From Geosiphon pyriformis uo1 (Eukaryota; Fungi; Glomeromycota), in assembly GCA_016748015.1 (NCBI GenBank), contig JAAOMT010000523.1, positions 1,552,358-1,616,357 of the forward strand: 64,000 nt of DNA, read 5' to 3'. Numbering within the stretch: position 1 is the stretch's first letter; every line of letters starts with the position of its first letter. A program made the position numbers and the translations under genes. This document shows positions 38,771 to 53,200 of the stretch, piece by piece. The notes under the pieces were generated by a model. That model saw only the letters and a program-made list of their open reading frames with translations, did not search any database and was not told the origin of the DNA.

Positions 38771-41700
38771 TCTCATTTTCCTACAATTTTTTTATCTTGA
38801 GCTAACAAAGAATCTTTAAAAGAAAATCATTAGTACATTGCTCATAATAGCTCGAAGTCAAGATTTATAAGGTAGTTCGAGGAAAAATGATAAGGAAATT
38901 TGATTGCATGTTAATGCAATGAGTCCAAATCTGTCTGTAAACTATCATTTTATTTTTAAATTGCCGCCAAAAATTCTATTGGGTTTTGAATGAAAACATT
39001 ATTTGTACCAAAGAAATAAAAAATCAACCAAACATTTCTATTGAGACTCTCTATATAAAGCTAAAAATTTAGAAGGACGCCAATAACAAAAGAAAGGTGA
39101 GGTCTGTATCTTGGAGGTTTTATGCTTATTGCTGACCATAAAAAAGTCCTTAATACCAACTAGAAGATGTTGTTTTTTCTGATGAGACGACAATGGCTAA
39201 AAGGAAAGATACCAACTCGTAGTATATTAAGATATTTGCAGAGAAGATTTTGCATAAAAGAAAAAACATTTCTCTTTTGTTTTATCGACATAATAATCAA
39301 TGAATTTTATGTTAATATTCTTCAAGAACACAAAACCAAAATTCTTAGAATTCTTAGAATTCTTAGAAGTAAGCGGCAGTTCCAGTAAAATAATGACTCC
39401 AAACACATTAATTGTGTTGCTAAAAGCCTTTCTTAAAGAAAAATTTTCTAAAATTATTGAGTAACCAAAGCTAAATTACATGAAAACCTTTGGGAATTGT
39501 TAAGCCTAATGTAGAAAAGTGAACGCAAAAAATATAGCAGAGTTATAATAGAGGAATCAACTAAATAATATATCAAGATCGATGACGAGGAAATGTTTAG
39601 TTTATATTCAGAATGAGGGTGGAAATAATTGAATATTGAAACTATCTTCATAAAATTACAGAATTCAAGTTTTTGAATTATATATTTTTGTTCTATTTAA
39701 TGGAACAGTTGTTGAGGAACTGGTTATCAGACAATTATCCTTATTTTTTGAACTACCCTGTAGATTTTGGCTTCAAACATAAGAAGTTCAACCCGAAAAA
39801 ATCTCCTAATAAAAAAATTTTTGCTTTATCCCTTTCATATGCGGTTTTTCATGTAGATATTGCACTTGATGTTCAAAACGTTTTCGCCGACACAACTTAG
39901 TTTCTCTATCTTTGTAACTGAAGAAAGTGGCAAAGTTTTTCCAATTGATTCGATTGAATTATATTTTTCAAAAAACTATCTTTTTTTTACGATATTAAAC
40001 AAGATTTATTTTTGGCAATTGAAATGGCAAGTTTTTTACTTTGTGATTCACATATAGAAATTATGGTCTGAAAATTTAAAAGAAAGAAAAAATTAAGAGA
40101 AAAAATAAGAAATTTATAAAAAATACATTCCACTATATAAGTTTGAACATCTAAGATTTCAAATCGAAAAGGATTTTATGCAGGTTAAACAACCTGTAAA
40201 TTTTATGAAAGATAAGAGTTTGACAGAAATTTATTGTTCGATCGTCGATTTTGCTTATCCAAATTGTTTGGCAGATTTAAAACAAGTCCGGTAACTTTCA
40301 AATTAAAAAAGAAATATTTTGAAGATCTCGAAATACTAAGGTTTATGTAAGGAAACAAAATTTCAAATGCGAAATTGCGATTGAAACTAAGAAGGTTTTA
40401 TCAGTCTTTAATTGAGTAAAATTAAACAATTATTCATTAATTACACCTGTTGAAATGAGTAGGTAACTTATATATATATTTTTGAACTCGAAATGATGAA
40501 ATGAGCGAGACTTTTCGAAGTTTGAAATTTAAATATTTATTATGATTAGGTGTTAAACTCTTGTAGAATTTCAAAAACAATCGTCGCATGAAATCTGGAT
40601 CGGGTAGATTCACTTAAAGAGCATCGTTTTGAGGGCCAAGATCTTTTGGGGAAATTAAAAGTTTTCCATGTCAAATGACACATTTTCATTTGCTCAATCA
40701 AGTAAAATTATCAGCAAAAATTTGAAAAAAACTTGTCGGTACCTTTTTCATTAAGTTTAAAATTTTAAACAAGAGGTAAGCAAAATAAATTGTTTTAAAA
40801 GCTATTTACACTATCCTCGAAATAACCGCTAAGTCGAAATTAAGATTTCATTGATGGAATAAAACTTAAAAGCTAATTTTTAAGTTGTATTTGACATATT
40901 CATGTCATCTGGTTCGAAAAATGTTATCGTAGATTTTCGTTTTAGTGAAAATGTATCAGAATTAATCCTTTCCAAAAAGTATTAATTATCACACTTTCCG
41001 CTAGGGAATAGATTTCTACTGCATAAAGGAATAAACATCTCAAGGAACAAAATTTCTTCGGTTTTCGTATATCCCTAAAAAGTCGAAAATTTGGAATCTT
41101 TTATTTTCTATTAGAGGTTAAAACGGTTAACTCTCAACAAAAGTTTATCTTTCGAGTGAGTTAACGAAGATTCAAAAAATTAATACTTTTTTGAAGTGAC
41201 ATTTTTTAAAATTAGTTGAAAGTGCTAATCTGCAAAAATCCTATTAATTGGATTAGATTCATATTATAACTATAATTCTCTAGATTTTTTGAATAATAAC
41301 CATAGTTTGAAAAACAAAAGATTGCTACTAAATTGAAACTTTTATAAGCATCTTGGCGATTTTCAATCAAAAAATGTTAGTTTTCATTAGGATATAAGAC
41401 AGGCCATTTTTTTAAATTTGGATATATGCCCATTGTTTTTACTCTGAAAAATATGGAAAGTACAATTAAGATTTTTTTAAAAACACCATTTCGAAAAAAC
41501 CAAAGTTGAAGAAATTTTACCGGTGCGATGAGCTCGATTCGCAAAATATGAAAATTTCCGAGACGAAATAATAATTCTTATTTAGTGACCAAGGCTCTAA
41601 ACAAATTGAAGTTTATTGACTGAGAATTTATTCGTATGATAATTGGTGATAATGACAAGTTTTTCGATTCAATTTTTATAAGATACATCGTTTCTTTAAT

Positions 41701-42622
41701 GGTTTTTGAAGTTGAGAAATTCCCGGGATAAAGTATTTGAGAAAGGGTATTTGAAATAATATTTACAGGATACTGATGCGAAATAAGAATTGAATTAAAA
41801 CGATTCCATTTTATGGAAAAGAACCAAGTTGAAAAAATAAAAGTCCAAGACTAAGAATAACGAAAATTTTGTCCCGTGAAAACATTTCCACTTTAGAGTT
41901 TTTCATAAAAAGTGTTTGCTAAAGCTCAAATTAACTCTTAATAAATTTTAATTTTTTAATTCAGATTTACGAACTTGTACAAAATTCATTGACTGAATAA
42001 GGAGTCGAAAAATAATTTGAGTGTATCGAGAAATCAAGTTTAAAAAATTTTGTGCTTTGAGATTTCCAAATTATTTGTTTACTGCAGTGATGAATAAATG
42101 ATTGTATTCGCCTTATTTACATTTTTTTTCTATATTCTAAATTTTCTAAACAATCTAAATTATCAATTTTCATGTAAAAATTATACTAGGTTATGAATTA
42201 ATGTTTTTGCGAAATTTAAAAATTAATTTCTCAACTTGGTGTTAAAAGGCTGTAAAAAAACAAGGGCCTTATTTTAATTTTAGGAAAAAAATCAAGTTTT
42301 AATTAAAACTTTTATTGCTTAATCAATATATGAGATAAAATTCTTTTAAAAATTTTAGAGTCAAAGATAAGAATTTTTTCGAACATTTTTATTATTGTTT
42401 AATAATAATTTTTATTGTAGATTTATCTTACATATCAAAAAAATGGAAAAGAAAATTTCTATATCAACTTTGTACATGATAATCTAAAGAAAAAGGCTTC
42501 AATTGATTTTAACTATATATATATCAAAAGGAAAATGGTCATTTTGATTTAAAAGTTTCCAAGATAGAGCTATAAGTTTTTAAACTAAGGAATTGAAATA
42601 TAAACAAAAATATAGAATATAT

Positions 42623-44097
42623 TTACAGAGAAAGGAAAAATTCAAGGTGACATAATATTTTCATTTTTTTAATGAATAGTTGGTAATCTAGGACGTCTAG
42701 ATAAGTTAGCCGACGAAATGGTAATCTGCAAATTAAGAGAAACTAGAAAGAAATTGCCAATTTTTTGAATAATATACGTTAATTTCATAACTTGATAAAA
42801 AGCGTTTATTTGATTCATTGATATTTTTACCTCTTACTTAAAAATAGATTTTCCCCATATCTGAATAAAAAATGTCCAGTATTTTAATTTTTTTTTTGGT
42901 TGGTTGCAACCAAGAAGTTCGTAAAGGTGCAGTTGATACCGAAATCCTAAATTCGGACTTTAAAGGGAAATTAAAGTAGGAAAAAGATTTATTTTAAAAA
43001 TCAATTCAAAAAAGTGGATTGAAAAGAGATTATACCAAACGACCGATCTTTTGGAAAGAACAAATTTTAGAGCCTGTTCAAAATTTAACAATTGTGATTT
43101 CATCAAATACGCAATCATTACTGAAGCACTTCGCGAAATCCCTGCTTGACTAATAATAATAATAATAATAATTCATATTGATATTCAAGTTTTTAATCTC
43201 AAGAGATTTTCACAAAGTGCCTACCCACCAATGAATTAAGACGTTTCCTTTTTCGCTCGCCAACGCTTTCTCAATGAACCGACTACATGAATCGAAATGT
43301 TCGATGAGATTTTGGTTTTGATGATCTCGTGCTGGTATGAATTTATATATGTACTCCTAAGTAAATTAATTTTAAAGCTTTATATTACACTCTGAGATTG
43401 TCAAATATCAATCCAAAAAATATTGTTTTTGAAACTTTCATACCTTTGGAAACGCTGGCCTTAAACCTTCGGCAATCGTAAGAATATGAGTGATATTATG
43501 TTCCTCTAACCAATCCCTATCAGTTGCAGCGAGACGACTACCGAAAATTAATTTTCATTAGTTTCGTCTGTTATTGGCCATTGACATTTATTATAAACTT
43601 TGAAACGTATAAATTTTTCACAAACAACTAATAAGTCTCAGTTTATGACAAAATATAGCCGCTTACCTTCCGAGATATACTCTCGGGATAATCAAACTTC
43701 CATATAATCTTGATAAATAATTTTTTTGTGATTCATTCATTCCTCGTCCTTCCACAATGTCTACCGCTATACCCTCGTCTCTATGCCATTGAGTTAACTC
43801 TTTCCATGAAATTGGAGCATCTAATGATAAATGCGAATATCTATCATATTTTCGTCCTTGCTTTGAGTGTCGTTTTTGGAGTTTTCTATGTGTGTCGGGT
43901 TCTTTGTAACGAAATGTAGATGATAACAAGGGAGTTAAAAATAAAAGTTGATCAGAAGGGGTTAGATTCAACGGGGGATCTATTATAGGAGGCTTTTCTG
44001 CGTAATATTCAAGGGCAGGGATTATTTCGATTCGTGGGGTTATGATTTGTGTTATTGAATTTTCATTAAGGATATTTGTTTGAGTGGATTCAATCAT
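42623..44097 (-). CDS. Dual-specificity protein phosphatase (5-6 exons)
   Basis: IIPRVYLGS, NITHILTI, RDHQNQNL, catalytic HCQAGISRS (split by an intron), AYLM and PNLGF. The last exon is uncertain (stop at 42834 if unspliced). Confidence 0.88.
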
Positions 44098-46105
44098 TTC
44101 TATAATTTTTTGATAGTCTATTAGAAAATTAACTTTGAATAAGATTTTTTTTATTTAAACTTTTCTCTTATTTTGTCAAATGACCTAAAGGAAACATCTC
44201 TCGTTGTTTTTTGAAACAGAACACGTTTAATATTTATATCAACTTTTAAGAAAAACCAGCCAATTTGTAACGCTTAAGAAATAGCCGTTACAGTAGTTGC
44301 ATTGCATAGAGAAACTTGCGGGTATTACTTTGTAACAAGATTTAGGAGGTTTAACTTCAAAATAAGTAATATTTGATGATTTTTTAATTTTAATGATGAT
44401 AGTGATCAATGTATGCTATGATGATATGTAACACTTCTAGTAATACAAATGCTGTGACCCAACTGCCTAATAATGTATTAGCATAAATTTTTAACATCTC
44501 TTTATCTCCCAAATACAGATAGTAAAAACCTGGAAAAATTTTAGGAGTGAGACCAAAATCTCCTTTTCATTACGGATGAAACTTTTTGTTTCTTTAAAGC
44601 TTTTAAAATTCGAATGACCTAAATGTTTCAGGTTTTTTCAAATTTTTTTTACACATTTGAGCTATAAAAAAGGAAAAAAAATATGTCATTTACACGTGTA
44701 CAATAAGAGATTAGATTATTGTCGTTCATATGAGGTAATTGTGTATGTAAAATAAAAATAAATTCCGACATTTTTTAATTTGGGAAATGAAAAAATAAAA
44801 TTGTAAAGAATAAAATTTTTATTCACTAGCGGTAAAAAAAAAAAAAAAAAAAATTCTTTAATTTCTAATGATTTTGTTAAAACAAAAGAGTACTTTTCAA
44901 TTTATCTAATTATGGGATAGCGATTATTTTCCGTTTAAATAATTAGAGATTCATACTTAAAAAAAAAATTAGGGTATGATCAATTGGTATGATGATGCCA
45001 ATATATTGTAAAGATTAGGCATCTAAAAAGATTAATAAAAAAACATGATTAACGGTATTTAGTTTTCTCATTGTTCACTTTAAATACTTCATGTATGCTT
45101 CGAAATGTTACTGTATACATGTACAATGGTAAGCTAATTATGCATTTCTGAAGTTTTTTGCATGAAGAGAATTTTTTTTTACATTCATGGACATTATTTT
45201 TCTACTAACTATAGCTGGGGTAATATCTTTATATTGAAAAATTTACAAATCATCTCATTGATGAAATATCTTAAAAAGACTTGAGATTAAAAAATGAAAA
45301 TCTTCAACGTTTTCAGTTTTATAAAACGAATATTTTCTAGACTAAATGCTTTTCTTTTTTTTTTGAATAAACAATTCTTTGTCTTTAGAAAATATTAACC
45401 GACGGCGGTAAATTTTTTAGTAAGTTCTCAGAATTGGTAATACAGTCAGGAAAACTTTGGATTGGTACTTTAAAAATTACAAATTGAAACAACACGAAAT
45501 TAAAACACAAAAGTTAATAAATGTACATATAAACCCATCTTTAAATATTTAAAATTTTTTCGGGAAACAAGATTGTCAGTTGCTGCCCATGTTTTCTCAG
45601 TACTCTTGGAGCATTCCGTTTTCTTTAACCAGCTTGTTTTTGATGAGACGTTCATAGATGATCATCTATAAAAAAATCTCCTTCCCTTGATAACAAGGAA
45701 AATGCAAAAACTTCAAAAGCTAAATTTCTGAATGAAAGATTTAAATTTTATATTGTTGTAAGCTATAAAAAATTTCTCCACCTTTTTAACTTATCTAGTA
45801 CTTGTGGACGGGATTGGTATAATTCCTGAGAAATCAGCAAAAATTTCATGTGCACTATTTGGAAAACAAAAATTAAAAAGACCCATTAAAATCTCTGGTT
45901 TTGGATGAGCACTTTGGTCGCCGAATATTATATTGGCTCTCAGTACTCTCCCAAAAATCGCTTGAAAAATTGGAAATTTTAGACAGCATATTTTCATGAT
46001 CTTTTGGCAGCCTTTGGAAAATTGCAAAATTTGAAACATCTTTGATTTTGGTTTTTGTGAAATTCTTCACCAATAAGAAATAAAAAAAAATGATTAAAAG
46101 TTTTC

Positions 46106-46313
46106 ATGAGCTGGAAATACTTTTTGATAATTGGCACAAAATCATCAAAATTAGCTAGCGTAATTCCGTGTTACTCATCAGCAACTCTTGAGAGTTTTCG
46201 TTCTCTAAACTTTACAATGGTTGAAGACTCTTCAAATCAAAATTGCCAAAACGCTTTCAGAACATATGCAGAATATACTCAAGTTGCATTTATAACGCCT
46301 TACTAAGGACCAG
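46106..46313 (+). pseudogene. Possible orphan first exon of a further lipase-fold paralog
   Basis: FRTYAEYTQVAF resembles FRKYANYANKAY (L1) and FQNYAKYANKPY (L3). No downstream exons were found. Confidence 0.3.
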
Positions 46314-47645
46314 GTCTTTGAAATTTTAGGCAGTTATACTTTTTTAAAATATTTTTCTTTCAAAATCAATCATGTTCCAAGTGAACAGAAAGAAATTGCC
46401 AATAACACTCAAGAATTTAATTATGGGAAATGACCTCAATTTATTTTTTGATATTGCAATTTTTAGAGGAGTTTCTCGAAATCATAAAGTTCAGGTTACA
46501 ATTAGAAAGTGAGGGAGATTTTGAATTAATAAGTTAATTTCATTCTCAAAGTTTTCATCGATGTCAATAATATATCATTTTTTACGATTTTAGATAGATA
46601 GATACTAAACTCTTTTCAAGTCATGCGTAACGCTTTTGCTGAAAGAGAGTTTTATTTGGTAAGAAGGTGAAAGGGTATAAGAATTTTATTTGCAGTAAGT
46701 GAAAAGTAATATATTGGCAAATCACCATGTCAGAATTAAGTCAATTAGGAGAGTTTATTACAAATTCCTGACTTTTTAAAACGTACAGACTGGTTACACG
46801 ATTTCTCCAAAATTCGAAATATGTGCATAAATGGGTCGTTAAATAGTTCTTGGTAAAAACGAATGTTATGCGGTAAAAATTCTCAAGAAAGAAAGGTGTG
46901 TCTGCAGCGCACTATTTTACGGGGTCAGCTACTTTGTGTTAAAAATTAGTGATTATTTAAAAAGAATAATAGTGGTCAAAAATCTATTGTTGACAAACGT
47001 TCTGAAATTTCATTTAAAAATTCAAATTCTTGTGTCCCCACTAATACTTTAATAGAAAAACAATATGAAATATTATATATAATGAATAAGAAACCAATGA
47101 TTAATGAAGTAAACCGAATCAAAAACGGTTAAACTGGGCTAAAACCTACAAGCATTGGGTTAGTGACGTGTTCTTTGGACAGAGGAATCCTTATTCGTGT
47201 GGAAAATTTAGTATATATCTTAATCTATCATGTATTAGCTGACAAGATTTGAATCATTTTGATTCATAACCCTTCACGTGAGACTGGTGAAGCAAAATGA
47301 TTATGATTTGCTGAGAAAAGAAATATTTCAAAAAGATAACGCTCTAACTCATAAAGAAGTTATAAAAAGAAAGGGTTATAAGAACGTTTTTAATAATAAT
47401 AAAGTATAGTGAAAAATTTACTTTTATTCCATATCATATTTTATCTTTAAGAAAATCGTTTTGTACTTACATTTTATTCAATATAAAAATCCTTTTTTTC
47501 TTTTTTTTTTTCATGAAATATGCAAACTATTTTTTGTTAATTCCAAATTTTATTTATACCCTCGAAATATCAATAAATTTACAACTTAAAAAGTTTTTGA
47601 ATTTGAATAATTCACTACCTTTAAAAAATATATGTATTTTATATA

Positions 47646-48419
47646 TTATCCTTTTAAAAACTTTTTAGGTTTTGGCAAACCGAAAGTATAATCTAAGAGA
47701 TCACAATTTTTTCCTTCGAAAACATCAATTTTTGTTATACTTTTTTGCTTATCTAATTCACCATAATATTTCTCCAAGTAAACGAAAAAATCTAAATGAT
47801 ATCCTTTAAATCCATACCCTTCGTCCCCCACAATCAAACACCCATTATGCTCTTTCCCATTTGGGGGGATTTCAAGCCCATCAATTTGTGGTACATAAAT
47901 TTTTGTTCCAGCTTTTATATCATTGACTGCTGTACTGGTGAATGGATTCAACGCGTTTGCGCTTGATGATATTCCATAGGGATATTTTTCTGGGCTCACC
48001 ACCTCAAAGCAGGAGAATCTATTCCCACACTTACAGCCACTAATGTTTATGAGTTTTCCAGATCGGCTATAACCACTTCCTTCTGTCCTAATAACTTTAG
48101 CGAAAGGTGTAGTTACTCTTATGATTGGTTTTTTGTCACAGGTTCGAAGCATTGTTTTTTTTGCGGATTTGAATTTAGGATCGGATTCGAATGCAAGCCA
48201 ATAGTAGGTAAATTTAGCGTCCTTTTTTAACAGTTTCCCAATGCCTCTGGATTCTAAAGACCGAGTCAGATTCCTTTCAGAGTTTAATTCATTTTGGTTT
48301 ATTATTTTTTGATCCCCAAAACCCAGCCACTTAATTGCAAGGGTTGGTTTCACAAAACTAATGTGATTATTTACAGGAATGAGAAGCAAAAATAATGCAT
48401 AGAAAGTATAAAAAGTCAT
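47646..48419 (-). CDS. Secreted 3D-domain (MltA-like double-psi beta-barrel) protein, 257 aa, intronless
   Basis: Signal peptide, FTYYW, EGSG, PFTSTAVND, GTKIYVPQIDG, HNGC..VGDEG and HLDFFV; the pattern matches the Asp-Asp-Asp 3D domain. Confidence 0.75.
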   Translation of the reverse strand: MTFYTFYALFLLLIPVNNHISFVKPTLAIKWLGFGDQKIINQNELNSERNLTRSLESRGIGKLLKKDAKFTYYWLAFESDPKFKSAKKTMLRTCDKKPIIRVTTPFAKVIRTEGSGYSRSGKLINISGCKCGNRFSCFEVVSPEKYPYGISSSANALNPFTSTAVNDIKAGTKIYVPQIDGLEIPPNGKEHNGCLIVGDEGYGFKGYHLDFFVYLEKYYGELDKQKSITKIDVFEGKNCDLLDYTFGLPKPKKFLKG

Positions 48420-50523
48420 TTAGAACAAATTTTAACGATAAATTTCTTTTTTGAAGTCTGTGAATTGAAACTACAAGCTTTTTGAGAACGTTCCAATTTC
48501 AGACGCGTATTTTATAAGAGAGCGACTTACACCTAAAGATTAGCAAAATATAAAATTACTCTACATTTCTCTGATGCAAATGAATAAAATTATTGATTGA
48601 TGATATCTTTGATGATGATGATTATTTGTTATTTGTGTTTTTTATGAAACTAGAGTAAAAATTCGAATATATTGATTATCACTCACAAATAGAGCGTCGG
48701 GGTAAAACGTTGAAATTCAAGGAATTATTATGAGCTTCACATCGATCAAAAATGAAAGTTTTCGAATCTGAATTAAAGATGAGTACGAAATTGAAAAGGA
48801 TTAAATTGATATCTTTCAATATGAATCGTACGAGTAATTTTCATTTTACTAGCGGGATATGAGAACGAAACACTAAAGGGATTTGTTTTAAAAATTATCT
48901 GATAAATCAGCGCTTTGATGATAATTTTAACCAGTTTCGATCTCTCTTTAACTTCCTATTTTTTGTTATGCCACCAAATTCTCGATAATCGGATGCGATT
49001 TCATGTACCTCATTATTCGATGGATAAAAAAAATATCATTGCATAAAGCGTTGATTTACATACCTCTCTAAAATAGATTTTTTTTTCAGAGGGATCGGAC
49101 TTATTGTCGGAAAAACTTTTTAGGTTAGCGAAAGTGTCATCTAAGGTGAGTCATTTTTAAAAAGAAATTTTTAGTGAAAGAAATGCTTTCAAAAACATTT
49201 CAAAAAACAAAACAAAAGCGGAATTCATTTATTTTAATTTTTTGACTAAAAGTGAGACTTTTAAAAAAGTATGCTTTATTATTTTTTTAATATCACTATA
49301 CCTAAATTAATTATTATTATTATATAAAGATATATTACTTTATTAAAGATGTTAAATTTACAAAAATGAAATTACCAATAAAATATTATTATATGTAAAA
49401 AAAATTTTAATATTCAATATCAAGAAATTTTATAATTAACAGTGAAAAAAATTTTGTTCAAGAAAAATAATAAATTTTTTAATCTTTTCTTATTTTATCA
49501 ATTTATTATTGTGTGAAATATATAAAAAAAGATGTTCAATAAAATAATTCAACATTATTTTTTTTCACATCATGTTCTATAAAATTTATTTAGAGATTAA
49601 TTATTCGTCAAAAAAGTTTTCTTGTTTTATTAATCTTTCAAATTTTAATATATTTATTTATTCATTACAATTATTATATTTTATCTTATCATAAAATAAA
49701 ATTAATTTTATCTTGTATTTTCTAATTTTTATATAATATTAAAAATGATTATCTTTTTATGTTTTAAAATTTGTTTTGTTTTCAAACTTGATTCAAAGGT
49801 TTTGAGCTTTATAGTTTTATGCTTTACATTATCAGACTCAATAGTTTCAGAATTAGATAAAATAAAACTACTTAAGATTCCGATTAATTTCTTGCATAAT
49901 TAAACAATTATCAAGTTATTATTATTATTATTTTTAATGAAAATAAAATGTGAATAGGTTTTTTTGAATTTTATTTGTTTCATTTGACGATTCAAAATTT
50001 GTACAACAAATAAAACCCGCGATTTAACGTTTTAGCTTGAATTTTGATAAATATTTTTTTGAATGAAAATTTTAGTATTATAGTTTATGAATTAACTTCA
50101 TTTTTCGCACAATCTAAAGCTTGGCATTTTTGAGATGTTAAATTTAGCTAAGAGCTATTAATAAAAAGGTTTATATTATAAATAAATTTTATAATATAAA
50201 ACCTACTTTCCATTAATCCTACTCTCTCATTTTCAATTTCGAACCCTCTTTGCTTCTTATAACGATTCTCGCTTTCACAATTTATTATTTAAGAAAGCCA
50301 AAGAATAATTTGGTTAGTATCGAGTGGAAGGTTAAACGTCAGATTTGTTCTTCTTTTCTAATGTTTAAGTATTATTAAAATATTTTTAAATAAAGGATGA
50401 ACCACCCCTTGTACCTTTTAAATATTCCTTTATCGGACATATCGGAATAATTTTTGAAAAGATGCCGGGAAAAGGTTTATAATCAATCATTAAAGTTTAT
50501 ATCAGATAAGATTAGATTTTCCA

Positions 50524-50527
<4 letters not shown>

Positions 50528-50592
<65 letters not shown>
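50528..50592. repeat. (ATT)n microsatellite
   Basis: About 21 ATT units; shorter ATT runs occur near 27587, 28898, 29935 and 43152. Confidence 0.9.
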
Positions 50593-52555
50593 CGTTCAAT
50601 TTATTTTACCTTTAGTCCTTTTTTTAGTATAGAGATATATACAACATTTTTACTAATACGGTAAAGTTTATACTGTCCCTGGAAAAGACTTCGTATATGA
50701 AATCATGAAAAATAAAAATCCAGACATTTTAAAAGCCTTTGATATGATATGTTTTCAATTTAAATAGGAATTTAAAAAATCCCTAAATGTAGAGTGGGTT
50801 AAGGAGATGAGAGAGCAGGGAAATAAATACAATCAACCGGTGGATAGTTGAAATTTTTTTCTTACTAATTTGTTTAATTATTCTATATTTGAACAGTTGT
50901 ACCTTATACAAACTATGTTAGACAATGATTTTATGGGCGAAGAAGAAAACATTGATGGCCGTAATGCAATTAGAGGTAGGTAAATCTTTTATTATTAAAA
51001 CACTTTATTTATTAATTTTTACATGTAATATGGTTTTGAATCTATTTAAACTATATAGCCGAGACTACTTATTAAAATGAGTTATTACAGGAGCAAGAAG
51101 AAATTGCAAAATAATTTGGATCTAATGGATTTTCCACAGTTGCTTAACTAGGAATCGATGCGATATTATGAGGATTTTCCAAGTAGTTTTTAACTTTTCT
51201 TTTCTCATTTGACTATTTTTATGTAACCTTTTTTCCTGTTGTCTAGTTAGAATACCAAAAGTCAATATTTCTTCGTCAATAATTACGCTTTCAAATGTAT
51301 ATCAAATTCTCCCAGATAAAGTCCTATGAAGCAGTCCGAATATTTTTTCATTTATCATCAATTTACTACTAAACTTGAATAATTTTTTTATGGAGTTCAT
51401 AGAAGGAACAGTATTATTTGAGCTTTTAAATATCGCTGAGAGTAGAGAACTTCAAGGCTCTAACACGACTGAATTTGAACCTCTTAGATATCTCAATAAA
51501 GGAGTAACAATTGCTCATCTGGACTTGGCCGAAACACTTGTCCTGCTCGCTCCTTTGCAATGCTTCAAGCCAAAGAGCCTCCTTTCAATGATTATTCGCA
51601 ATTATAAAGTTAGTTTTGTAGATGTTTATAAACCAAAAAAACTTTTAAAAGCTGATCCAAGTCCCGAGTGTTAACCAATTTGAACATGCTTCCTTGTTTT
51701 AGATTTGATTACTAATAGTTATTATTCGTAAATCTTTGGAATTTTATCATGATTTTATTAGCTTTACTGAACGATTTTTGCAGTAATTGGTGTATGTGAT
51801 GTTTTTTCGTGTATATTATACACTCATTAACCTATTTTCATTCTATAGGGTTATCTGGAATTTTGTCCTGAGCATTTTTTTTACATGGAAATTGAAAGTT
51901 AGTTGGTATAGTAAAATTTAAACTTATTTGCAATTAAATTGTTTAAATTTTTATATTACATTTGATTACTCGATTCAAGGGTGGAATAAAATACAATGAG
52001 AATTTAAGTATTTTATTTTACTTTATAAAATTGTAAATATGAAAATATAATTTAACAGTAATTATTATTATTATTAATTTTAATATAGTTTATGTAGTTC
52101 AAGTGTGTTTTATAACTTTTTCGCTTTGTGATTTATCAATATCATTCACTATATCAGCTCTAGATTCCCATTTTTATGTTCTTCTTTTATATGTTGGGCT
52201 AAATTTTTGACTTTTTGTTATATTTTAATTTTTCTCATTATTATAATATATTTTCTGTATAGTGGAGCTTTATTTAAAAGATGGTTTTCAGACGATCTCT
52301 ACCCGTTAAGAATATAAATTAGAATATGATGCAAGCGTCTATTCTCAGAACATTCTAGCATTTCAGATTTCTTTAAATTATCTTTATTTATTAGCGAGAC
52401 GAACTCTTCACCCATAGAAAATATTCAAAGTTTGACAATAATATCTACTCTTCTCCCTTCTCTATCTCTGAGTTCATTTGTATTGCTTGAAAATCATGTG
52501 TTCAACTTCATCAATTAAGAACGCAACTTCCCCCCTCGACTAGCTTGAAGGAGCA

Positions 52556-53200
52556 TTGATTGTCATCAAACAAAATTCGGCTATTTTTCCAGCTAGTGAG
52601 TATTCAAAAGTTGCTAATCTGGTGAAAAAATATCTTGAGCGCAATCAGAAAAGGCTTGAAGACTTTTTCAATTATTTGAAAAGTAAAAGTTCAAAGTGTT
52701 CGATAAAATATATTTTGCTCGGCTTTTTTTTAAAACATGGGATTGAAACTAAACCTAATCTCACAAAAGCATTTCTGGAATTTGAGAAAGCAGCGAATGC
52801 AAAGGATTATTTTGGATAATTCTTCTTAGAGCATTGTTATGACAATTGCAATTGGTACCTCACAAGATCAAGGAAAAGCATTTGAACTCTTCAAAAGCAG
52901 TAGAGGCGGGACATTTTGAGGCACAATCCAACCTTGCAGTTTGTTATACTGATGGATTGGGAGCAACCAAGAATGAGGAAAAAGCATTTGAAATTCTTTC
53001 AAAAGCAGCAGAGGCAGGAGATATAATGGCACAAATTACTCTTGCGCTAATGGATTAGGAACAACAAAAAATGAGGAAAAAGCATTTGAACTCTGTTTAA
53101 TAGCAGCAGAGGCGGGAAATACAAAGGCGCAAAACAATTTTGGATGTTGCTATTAGGAACAACAAAAAATCTGGCAAAAGCATTTGAACTATATTTAAAA
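52556..53200 (+). pseudogene. Sel1-repeat (TPR-like) protein pseudogene; decayed upstream exons may extend to ~50900
   Basis: AQSNLAVCYTDGLGATKNEEKAFE and neighbouring units are SEL1 repeats, broken by stops and frameshifts. Confidence 0.85.

Noticed and set aside
45330-46073. Short minus-strand ORFs with exon-like borders
   Set aside because: Could not be assembled into a consistent frame or assigned to a family.
50528-50592. Short tandem repeats as a possible CRISPR or functional array (also GGAAA at ~7418, TCGATGAA at ~30619, ATTCTTAGA at ~39341)
   Set aside because: Simple microsatellites without spacers; no cas genes and a eukaryotic context.
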